Positions 17,085-24,785 of a stretch of DNA of 45,436 nt are shown here, one piece after another. The translations under genes were made by a program, and so were the position numbers. This stretch comes from a bacterium (GTDB taxonomy: Bacteria; Patescibacteriota; CPR2; UBA1875; CAIMLA01): positions 1-45,436 of the forward strand of contig JBAXUE010000007.1 of assembly GCA_037129835.1 (NCBI GenBank), given 5' to 3'. The first letter of the stretch is position 1. The number at the start of each line of letters is the position of its first letter. Below the pieces are notes generated by a model. That model was not told the origin of the DNA. It did no database searches and saw nothing but the letters and a program-made list of their open reading frames with translations.

Positions 17085-18342
17085 AGATACTCCCATCTTG
17101 TCCGTCAAGAATAATTTTTTGGCCATCGACTAGGGTAGCAGTAGCTAGCTGAGTCCCAACAACGCAAGGTATATTAAATTCTCGAGCCACAATGGCAGCA
17201 TGACAAAGGTTTCCACCAAGGTCCGTAATAATTCCACTTGCCCTTCTGATCGCCAGCAAAAATTGTGGTCTAGTCATGGCGGTAACCACGATATCTCCCT
17301 TGCTTACCCTTTCCATTTCTTTTTCCATATTTCCCTGATGAAACATATTAACTAGCCTCACGACCCCAACCACCTTTCCGGAGGAAGCGGGGTAACCACT
17401 TAGTATTCTTTTTGGTTTCTTTTCAAAGGGCTTAAAATATTCCCGCAATTTAGACTCGAGTTCATTGTATTGGCTGGATGATTTGAGCCAACTTTTCTTA
17501 TCGTGTGTTATTGGTATTCCTTCAATATGAATTTCACCGACTATTTGTTTAATATCCTGATTTGGGTTGAGGCCGATTTTGTCATATGTTGTTACTAGGC
17601 GGCCCCTTCTAAAAGTACTAAGTCCATGATAGTTTTTATTCAGGCCGCTAAGTTGATAACCCCACCAACCCGTAGCTTTTCCTCCTTTGAAGACAATCTC
17701 AAATTCACTTCTATTGTTGTCTAAAATTTCAGGAAGCAATGGTTCACATATTTCTTTGTTATATGTCAATTCCATCTCGTCGTTTTTAATAAATGGAGCA
17801 AATCTTGTCCCAAACTCTTCCTTTATATTTTTAACAAGCTTTTCATTAACATCGACTTTTAGCCTTTTTATAATAACAGTTGTGCCACTTCTACCCTTTT
17901 CTACGTTTCGATGTATTATAAATGGATATTCATACCAGCTACCATGTTCTAGCCAATGGTCTTCGTCATATTCAAGGATATACTCTTCATCTTTATCAAG
18001 TGGTGTTGTTATTAGTGTAAATGTGTGACCCAGGAAGGAAGTCGACGTCTTGAGGCCCAAACCAAATTCGCCTAGTTGTAGTTTTTTTTCAGAAAAACCA
18101 AGACGTATTGATTTGGCTGCCATTTCTTCAGACATGCCGGTCCCATTATCAGTAATTACAATTTCGTCTGGAGTTATATCGAGAGATACCAAGAGTTTTT
18201 TATTTGGTATTCGAGCATCAATAGCATTGTCAATCAATTCAGAAAGTGCTTCTTGTATAGAATAGCCAGTTTGGCTTATTTTCGTCATAATGCTTCTGTG
18301 AGGAGATATATCTATTAACTTCGTTTCAGTTGTTTTTGCCAC
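17074..18342 (-). CDS. GHKL (Bergerat-fold, HATPase_c_3-like) ATPase fused to a PEP-utilizer swivel phosphohistidine domain
   Basis: N-terminal motifs LSELIDNAIDA (N box), DNGTGM (G1) and GEFGLGLK (G2). C-terminus GDIVVTAMTRPQFLLAIRRASGIITDLGGNLCHAAIVAREFNIPCVVGT is a canonical swivel domain. GTG start preceded by GGAG. Confidence 0.8.
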   Translation of the reverse strand: MAKTTETKLIDISPHRSIMTKISQTGYSIQEALSELIDNAIDARIPNKKLLVSLDITPDEIVITDNGTGMSEEMAAKSIRLGFSEKKLQLGEFGLGLKTSTSFLGHTFTLITTPLDKDEEYILEYDEDHWLEHGSWYEYPFIIHRNVEKGRSGTTVIIKRLKVDVNEKLVKNIKEEFGTRFAPFIKNDEMELTYNKEICEPLLPEILDNNRSEFEIVFKGGKATGWWGYQLSGLNKNYHGLSTFRRGRLVTTYDKIGLNPNQDIKQIVGEIHIEGIPITHDKKSWLKSSSQYNELESKLREYFKPFEKKPKRILSGYPASSGKVVGVVRLVNMFHQGNMEKEMERVSKGDIVVTAMTRPQFLLAIRRASGIITDLGGNLCHAAIVAREFNIPCVVGTQLATATLVDGQKIILDGQDGSIYEY

Positions 18343-18420
18343 TTTATTCTCCAGCTATTCATCTATTAGAAGATGAATTAATTATTTAAAATATAGTCTA
18401 GTTTGTAGTATAATACAATT

Positions 18421-18570
18421 ATTAGACCTTGACGAGGCCTCACCAACCTCTGAGTCTCACCCAGGAGCCCAGGTGTATATGGGCCAAAGAGAGTCCGGGT
18501 GACCGGAAAGTCAAGTGGAACCGTCCGAAGAATTTCGGGCCTTGACGGCCAATTTTGGTCGTTATTTTAA
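18421..18570. ncRNA. Candidate structured small RNA or 5'-UTR element of unknown class
   Basis: A G+C-rich block in an AT-rich 300-nt intergenic region. Stable local hairpins: UCCGG-GUGA-CCGGA (18494-18507) and GUCCGAA-GAAU-UUCGGGC (18523-18540). On the + strand, TATAAT at 18409-18414 lies just upstream and GGCCA-AUUU-UGGUC plus a U-rich run (18547-18568) lies at the end. Confidence 0.3.
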
Positions 18571-18639
18571 TTCACCTTGTTAAAAAATATTTGCGAATAT
18601 TGACTAATAAACCATTTAACTGGGTTAAGGAGTAAAATT

Positions 18640-19062
18640 ATGTCAGCAGAAAGAAATCAAAGACCAGAACAAACAGAAGTTCAACAAGCAAAAGAAAAGG
18701 TTATTAAACTTAAAAATACCATTTATGGTCTTTTCGACACTCTCTTAAATATGCAATATACAAAGCCAAATGAAAGAACAGAGACCGACTACAAAATGAT
18801 TACTCAAGTAAAAACAGAAATCAGAGGCCTTATAGAAAAACTAAAATTATATGCAGACAAAATTGGCCCAGACGAATTTCAAAAAGCCATGAAAGGCATC
18901 ACCGGCCAGGTAAAGAACAGACTGAATTTGGACAATACAAAAGAACACATGCAGACCGAGGCAAGCGCTTTTTTACTAGAGCTTGGAGTAGATACAGATA
19001 CAGTAACCAAAACAAAGGCAGAAACATATATTGTAAGCGAACCCCCTGAAGGAGAAGAATAA
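18640..19062 (+). CDS. Hypothetical protein
   Basis: 140 aa with an AAGGAG Shine-Dalgarno upstream. No motif recognised. Confidence 0.5.
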   Translation: MSAERNQRPEQTEVQQAKEKVIKLKNTIYGLFDTLLNMQYTKPNERTETDYKMITQVKTEIRGLIEKLKLYADKIGPDEFQKAMKGITGQVKNRLNLDNTKEHMQTEASAFLLELGVDTDTVTKTKAETYIVSEPPEGEE

Positions 19063-19063
19063 C

Positions 19064-19669
19064 ATGCCCGAACAATTATCAAATATAAGCCCAGAACAAC
19101 GAGGAATGCTTAGAGATATCTCCAAGAATGATAAGGAGAGAGCTAGGGATATTGACGCCATCGGTTCTATTCATGAGGCAATAATGGGTACGAGAGCGAC
19201 AGATCCGAAAGAAACCTTGGATTTACTAAAAGTAAAAATAGCCGAACTCAAAACAGAACTTTTCAAAGAAGGTAGTCACGAAAACAAAGAGACCACATCT
19301 ACAGAGGAAATTAGACAAAAACTAATCGAGATACGCCTGCACGAAGAACGATTAGAAAATATCGAAAAAGGAGATATTGAAAAAACAGATTCTGCGGCAG
19401 ACCTAACGGAATTTTCAAAGCTTGAAAAAACAGATGTTTTTCGCGATATCGTTCAAGAAATAACCATGCTAGTACACGATGCCTATTTTCAAAACAATCC
19501 TGACAAAAGCCGACAAGCTAAAGAAGCGCTGACGGCAATGGGAGTTGATATCACAAGTATGGACAGCGTAACACCAAATAATAGACCTCTGCCGATAGAC
19601 AAAATTAATTATTTTGCCTACCAAATATATAAAAAACGAAGAAAGGAGTTACACAATGGAACAAACTAA
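19064..19669 (+). CDS. Hypothetical acidic protein
   Basis: 201 aa. Begins 1 nt after the previous stop and overlaps the thrS start by 14 nt. Confidence 0.5.
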   Translation: MPEQLSNISPEQRGMLRDISKNDKERARDIDAIGSIHEAIMGTRATDPKETLDLLKVKIAELKTELFKEGSHENKETTSTEEIRQKLIEIRLHEERLENIEKGDIEKTDSAADLTEFSKLEKTDVFRDIVQEITMLVHDAYFQNNPDKSRQAKEALTAMGVDITSMDSVTPNNRPLPIDKINYFAYQIYKKRRKELHNGTN

Positions 19670-21371
19670 CATCAAAACAAAAAGACATTCCTATAGTCAC
19701 ATATTAGCTGCTGCTGTATTGGAAATGTTCCCAGAAGCAAAGCTCGCCATCGGTCCGGCCATAGATAATGGTTTTTATTACGACTTTGATCTCCCAAGAA
19801 CTTTAATACCTGAAGATTTACCACTAATTCAAAAAGCAATGAAACAATTAATCAAATCCGGGGGTGTTTTTGAAAAAACTGAGGTGCCTGTGCCAGAAGC
19901 GGTTAAGGCTGCAAAAGCTCAAAAACAAATATATAAAGCCGAGCTAATCGAAGATTTGTCAGCTAAAGGAGAAAAAACAGTTTCTTTCTACCGTGTAGAC
20001 GGATTCGTAGACCTTTGCGCCGGCCCCCACGTAGAAAGCCTAAAGGATCTAGATACAAAGGCTTTTAAGCTTACCACTATCGCAGGCGCTTACTGGAAAG
20101 GTAGTGAAAAAAATAAAATGCTACAACGCATATATGGTATAGCGTTTGAGAATGCCGAAGAACTCGCAGAGTATGAAAGACTCCAACTAGAAGCAAAAAA
20201 ACGTGATCACCGAAAGCTCGGCACCGAGCTTGATCTCTTTTCCTTTCACGACGAAGGCCCTGGCTTTCCTTTTTGGCATCCCAAAGGAATGGTAGTACGG
20301 AATCTACTAATAGAATATTGGAAGAAAGAACATAATAAAGCTGGCTACGAAGAGATCAATACTCCTATAATACTTCGCGAAGAACTATGGCATCAGTCTG
20401 GACATTGGGATAACTATAAAGATGATATGTACTTTACAACTATCGACGACCAAGGATATGCCGTAAAACCAATGAATTGTCCTGGCGGAATACTTATTTA
20501 CAAATCAAGGCTGCACTCCTATCGTGAATTCCCGATTCGTTTAGGAGAGCTCGGTCTCGTTCACCGTCATGAGCTATCTGGCGTGCTTCATGGTTTATTC
20601 CGTGTACGTTCATTTACTCAAGATGATGCTCATATTTACTGCACCGAAGCACAACTAAAAGATGAACTAAAGGGTGTAATTAAACTGATCGAGAAGATGT
20701 ACAAAGAACTCGGCTTCGATAATTATCACGTAGAGCTTTCGACTCGGCCAGAGAAATCTATTGGCTCAGATGAGATGTGGGAAAAAGCGGAAGATACACT
20801 AAAGCAAGTGGCAAAAGAGCTTAAGCTTGACTATCAGCTAAACCCTGGCGATGGTGCCTTCTATGGTCCTAAGTTTGATTTTCATATTACGGATGCCATT
20901 GGGAGAACTTGGCAATGTGCCACCCTGCAACTAGACTTCTCTATGCCTGAGAGGTTTGATCTTGAATATGTAGATGAAGACGGTTCAAGAAAACGGCCAA
21001 TAATGCTTCATAGAACAGTTTTTGGATCACTAGAAAGGTTCCTTGGTATATTAATCGAACACAATGCTGGCGCCTTACCTGTCTGGCTTTCCCCTATCCA
21101 AGTCGCCCTACTTCCTGTGGCTGATCGTCACGTGGAACATTGTGAAACATTGAAGAAAGAGCTTGAAGATTCAAATATTCGTGTTTCACTTGACGATAGT
21201 AAAGAATCGGTTGGAAAGAAGATTCGTAACGCCGAGATGTCAAAGGCTCCCTATATGTTAGTAATAGGTGACAAAGAGGCAGATTCTGGCAAGCTGTCTG
21301 TACGTTCATATGCAGATGGTGATTTGGGGCAAATGACAGCTCTCGAACTAATTAAAAAAGTTAAGAAATAA
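19656..21371 (+). CDS. thrS: Threonine--tRNA ligase lacking the N-terminal TGS domain
   Basis: GAAAGGAG Shine-Dalgarno before ATG 19656. The protein starts MEQTNIKTKRHSYSHILAAAVLEMFPEAKLAIGPAIDNGFYYDF, which is the start of the editing domain. Class II motifs follow (FRVRSFTQDDAHIY, GAFYGPKFDF), then an anticodon-binding domain. Confidence 0.9.
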   Translation: MEQTNIKTKRHSYSHILAAAVLEMFPEAKLAIGPAIDNGFYYDFDLPRTLIPEDLPLIQKAMKQLIKSGGVFEKTEVPVPEAVKAAKAQKQIYKAELIEDLSAKGEKTVSFYRVDGFVDLCAGPHVESLKDLDTKAFKLTTIAGAYWKGSEKNKMLQRIYGIAFENAEELAEYERLQLEAKKRDHRKLGTELDLFSFHDEGPGFPFWHPKGMVVRNLLIEYWKKEHNKAGYEEINTPIILREELWHQSGHWDNYKDDMYFTTIDDQGYAVKPMNCPGGILIYKSRLHSYREFPIRLGELGLVHRHELSGVLHGLFRVRSFTQDDAHIYCTEAQLKDELKGVIKLIEKMYKELGFDNYHVELSTRPEKSIGSDEMWEKAEDTLKQVAKELKLDYQLNPGDGAFYGPKFDFHITDAIGRTWQCATLQLDFSMPERFDLEYVDEDGSRKRPIMLHRTVFGSLERFLGILIEHNAGALPVWLSPIQVALLPVADRHVEHCETLKKELEDSNIRVSLDDSKESVGKKIRNAEMSKAPYMLVIGDKEADSGKLSVRSYADGDLGQMTALELIKKVKK

Positions 21372-21372
21372 T

Positions 21373-22503
21373 ATGACTACAGATCCAATAAAATTTCACA
21401 AAGAGCTTCTAGGAAAACTAGTGGTTAGCTCCAAAATACATTTAGATGAAAAAACACTTCCTATTGCCTATACGCCTGGTGTTGGAGCAGTGTCTAAGGC
21501 CATAGCTGACGATAAGAAAAGAGTATACGACCTAACTGGCAAGCAAAATAAGGTCGCTATAGTTACTGACGGTTCTGCAGTACTCGGTCTTGGTAATCTT
21601 GGTCCTGAAGCTGCACTTCCCGTAATGGAAGGAAAGGCAGCGATATTCGCTCAGTTCGCAAAAGTAAACGCCATACCGATATGCTTAGATACCCAAGATA
21701 CAGAAGAAATTATCAAGACTGTGAAGATAATCTCTCCCGCCTTTGGTGGAATTAATCTTGAAGACATATCCGCTCCTCGCTGTTTCGAAATCGAAAAAAG
21801 ACTTTCTGAAGAGCTAGATATCCCAGTATTCCATGATGACCAACATGGCACAGCTATCGTCGTCCTTGCAGGACTAATAAACGCTCTCAAGGTAGTCAAA
21901 AAAGACAAATCTGTAAAAATAATTATTTCCGGTGCCGGTGCTGCTGGCCTAGCTATTGCCAATCTACTCGCAGCATATGGACTAAGTAATTATTGTTTGT
22001 GTGACTCTAAGGGTGTCGTTTCAGAAGACAGAAATGACCTGAATGGACACAAAGAACACACTATTTCTAATAGCACCGCCTCTTGTCCTATCGGTGAATG
22101 CGGAGACTCCTTGGTGGGTGCCGATGTCCTCATCGGCGTCTCACAACCAAACCAATTTTCAGCCAAAGAAATCTCTACCATGAACCAGCATGCTATCGTT
22201 TTTGCACTTGCGAATCCGATTCCAGAAATCATGCCAGATGAAGCAAAAAAGGGTGGTGCTATGGTAATTGCCACTGGTAGATCTGATTTCCCAAATCAAA
22301 TAAACAATGCCCTTGTTTTCCCAGGCCTATTCCGTGGTCTGTTAGACAATAATATCAGTAAAGTCACACCAGAGATAAAAGTCGCTGTCGCAGAAGCTCT
22401 AGCAGCAATAATAACTGAGCCAACGAAAGATAATATTATTCCTTCAATCTTTGATAAACAAATCGTGGAGACTATCTCAAATGCCATCAAAAAACTCAAA
22501 TAA
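21373..22503 (+). CDS. NAD(P)-dependent malic enzyme, short form
   Basis: AYTPGVG, VTDGSAVLGLGNLGPEAALPVMEGKAAIFAQFA, DDQHGTA, and the Rossmann motif GAGAAG. Confidence 0.85.
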   Translation: MTTDPIKFHKELLGKLVVSSKIHLDEKTLPIAYTPGVGAVSKAIADDKKRVYDLTGKQNKVAIVTDGSAVLGLGNLGPEAALPVMEGKAAIFAQFAKVNAIPICLDTQDTEEIIKTVKIISPAFGGINLEDISAPRCFEIEKRLSEELDIPVFHDDQHGTAIVVLAGLINALKVVKKDKSVKIIISGAGAAGLAIANLLAAYGLSNYCLCDSKGVVSEDRNDLNGHKEHTISNSTASCPIGECGDSLVGADVLIGVSQPNQFSAKEISTMNQHAIVFALANPIPEIMPDEAKKGGAMVIATGRSDFPNQINNALVFPGLFRGLLDNNISKVTPEIKVAVAEALAAIITEPTKDNIIPSIFDKQIVETISNAIKKLK

Positions 22504-23368
22504 CCGATTATTAGCTCTAGATATTGGCGCTACCCACACTAGGATTGCTTCATTCGACAATGACTTAAGTATTCAAGATAGCGAATACTTTGATACTCCG
22601 CGAAAACAACTAGCGGAGAAGCTAAACCAAAAAATTATAGATTTCATCAAAGATAAACCAGACGCGAATGGGCTAGCGATTAGTGTTGCAGGTCCGGTCG
22701 TAGGCAATAAAGTCATTTTTACAAATATTGAAGGAAAGCCGACACTATCGGTTGATGATTTTACTAACCTTATTCCAAAAACAGTGATTATCAATGATGC
22801 GGCGGCGGCGGCATATGCTGAGTCAATATCTCGTCATTGCGATAATCTGGTATATATTACATTTTCCTCTGGAATTGGCGTTGGGGTAATCAAAGACGGA
22901 AATATTGTTAAGTTCGAAAATACGACCGCTGAACTAGGCCATATTTTTATAGAATCAGAAATAGATGTCCTCTGTGGCTGTGGAGGTAAAAATCATTGGG
23001 AAGCATTTTCTTCTGGCGTAGATATCCCTAATTATTATACAAAATGGCTTAAATCAAAAAACTTAGACACTGATTGTAAAATAGTCCAAGACATTTATAA
23101 GGAAGCCGAAGAAGGCAAAGAGCCAGCGTACAGTTTTATATCTCAAGAGATCGGCAATATAAATGATTATGCAATAAATAAAATAATAGAACTATATCGT
23201 CCTGAAGTAATCATCATCGGTGGGCCAGTTGCCCTTAAAAATACAGAATTATTTCTAGCCGGCATAAGCAATGAAACTAAGCTAAAAACCAAGCTTTCTT
23301 TTACTGATTTTGGAGACGATATTTCTCTTATCGGAGCCGCTAACTGGTACCGAAACCATATAGAATAA
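22481..23368 (+). CDS. ROK family sugar kinase (glucokinase-like)
   Basis: LALDIGATHTRIA phosphate-1 motif. ELGHI...CGCGGKNHWEAFSSG is a ROK zinc/sugar motif. The start is uncertain (22451 or 22481) and overlaps the malic enzyme stop. Confidence 0.7.
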   Translation: MPSKNSNNRLLALDIGATHTRIASFDNDLSIQDSEYFDTPRKQLAEKLNQKIIDFIKDKPDANGLAISVAGPVVGNKVIFTNIEGKPTLSVDDFTNLIPKTVIINDAAAAAYAESISRHCDNLVYITFSSGIGVGVIKDGNIVKFENTTAELGHIFIESEIDVLCGCGGKNHWEAFSSGVDIPNYYTKWLKSKNLDTDCKIVQDIYKEAEEGKEPAYSFISQEIGNINDYAINKIIELYRPEVIIIGGPVALKNTELFLAGISNETKLKTKLSFTDFGDDISLIGAANWYRNHIE

Positions 23369-23397
23369 ACCTACATTTCGTGCTAAAATACCACTCT

Positions 23398-24783
23398 ATG
23401 AAATACTATTTTTGGATACTTGGCTGTGCCATGAATTACTCAGATGCTGAACGGATGGCTACCATTCTTGATAGTTTGGGGTACACAAAAACTGATGTCG
23501 AAAGAGAGGCTGATCTTTTCATAGTTATTTCTTGCTCAGTTCGTGAATCTGCTATGCTTCGCATCTACGGCAAAGTAAAAGAGCTTATAGAATACAAAAG
23601 GAATAATACGAAATTTAAAACAATCCTCACTGGTTGTGTACTAGAAAAGGACCAAAAAAAACTAAAACGCGTTTTTGATATCTTGATGACCATGGAAGAC
23701 CTGCCGAAGTTGCCGGAAATGCTAAAAAACGCCACCCCCTCTCCCTCGTCATCCCTGGTCGCAAACCCAGGGATCTCTCTCGATCCCTCCGACTTGTCCA
23801 GCGTAGATTTAGTGAAGATGGGAGTAAATCCTAACTTTCGTAAGGATGACAGCGGAGAATATGAGAGTTACCTTAGTATCATTCCAAAATATCAAAGTCA
23901 TTTTCGCGCATATGTACCCATTTCTACGGGCTGCGATAACTTTTGTAGCTATTGTGCAGTACCTTATACAAAAGGTAGGGAAAAGTCCAGACTATCAGCA
24001 GAAATAGTTAGTGAAATAAAGAACTTAGTGAATAACGGGTTCAAAGAAATTACGTTATTGGGGCAAAATGTAAACAGTTATGGGCATGATATCTCCAGTA
24101 ATAAAAGAGATAATTCACCCTTTATTCATTTACTACTTGAGCTAGATACCATAGCCGGAGACCATAGAATATATTTCTACTCAAACCACCCGAAAGACAT
24201 GACAGATGAGCTAATAGTTACTTTGGCAAAACTAAAACATTTTCCTCACTACATCCATCTTCCCCTTCAATCTGGTAATAATGAAATTCTAAGGAATATG
24301 AATCGGCATAATACAAAAGAAGAATATTTACAATTAGTTAAGAAAATCAAAAATGCCATACCAGACGTAAACCTAACGACAGATATAATTGTCGGCTATC
24401 CAGGTGAAACCGAAAAACAGTTCAATGATACTGCAGATGTTATGCAACAAGCTGAGTATGATATGGCCTTTATTGCCCAATATTCCCCCAGACCAGGAAC
24501 GGTGAGTGCCAAGCAAGCAGACGACGTGACAAAAGAAGAAAAGGTTCGCCGCGAAAAAGTATTGCAGAAAATCGTTGCCGAAACAGTTCTTGAGTATAAC
24601 CAAAAACTAGTTGGAACAACTCAAAAAATACTCGTCGACGAACAAAAAGGCGATAAATACTATGGTCGGACATCTGGATATAAAGTTGTGGAGATTACAA
24701 CTGGCCAACCCGTACAGATTGGCCAGTATATTAACATAACTATAGAATCAGCTACTAGCTGGAAACTATTTGGGAATCAATAA
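23398..24783 (+). CDS. miaB: tRNA-i6A37 methylthiotransferase MiaB (radical SAM MTTase)
   Basis: MKYYFWILGCAMN MTTase N-domain, radical SAM CDNFCSYCAVPYTKGRE and a C-terminal TRAM-like domain. The linker between the N-domain and the radical SAM core contains a G+C-rich segment. Confidence 0.85.
   Translation: MKYYFWILGCAMNYSDAERMATILDSLGYTKTDVEREADLFIVISCSVRESAMLRIYGKVKELIEYKRNNTKFKTILTGCVLEKDQKKLKRVFDILMTMEDLPKLPEMLKNATPSPSSSLVANPGISLDPSDLSSVDLVKMGVNPNFRKDDSGEYESYLSIIPKYQSHFRAYVPISTGCDNFCSYCAVPYTKGREKSRLSAEIVSEIKNLVNNGFKEITLLGQNVNSYGHDISSNKRDNSPFIHLLLELDTIAGDHRIYFYSNHPKDMTDELIVTLAKLKHFPHYIHLPLQSGNNEILRNMNRHNTKEEYLQLVKKIKNAIPDVNLTTDIIVGYPGETEKQFNDTADVMQQAEYDMAFIAQYSPRPGTVSAKQADDVTKEEKVRREKVLQKIVAETVLEYNQKLVGTTQKILVDEQKGDKYYGRTSGYKVVEITTGQPVQIGQYINITIESATSWKLFGNQ
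23748..23777. repeat. CCTGAA-hairpin family variant (copy E) lying in frame inside miaB
   Basis: GTCATCCCTGGtcgcaaaCCCAGGGATCTC has an 8-bp stem (atccctgg/ccagggat). Its GTCATCC...GGATCTC flanks match copy A at 30863-30890. It is translated as SSSLVANPGISL. Confidence 0.55.
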
Positions 24784-24785
24784 AT

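Noticed and set aside
18421-18570. Possible SRP (4.5S) RNA, because of a GNRA-capped hairpin followed by A-rich internal-loop sequence.
   Set aside because: The conserved domain IV signature (…AGGUCC-GGAA-GGAAGCAGC…) is absent. The stem between the tetraloop and the internal loop is 5 bp rather than the short stem seen in SRP RNAs. The 5' and 3' ends do not form the long closing helix. It is kept only as an unclassified candidate.
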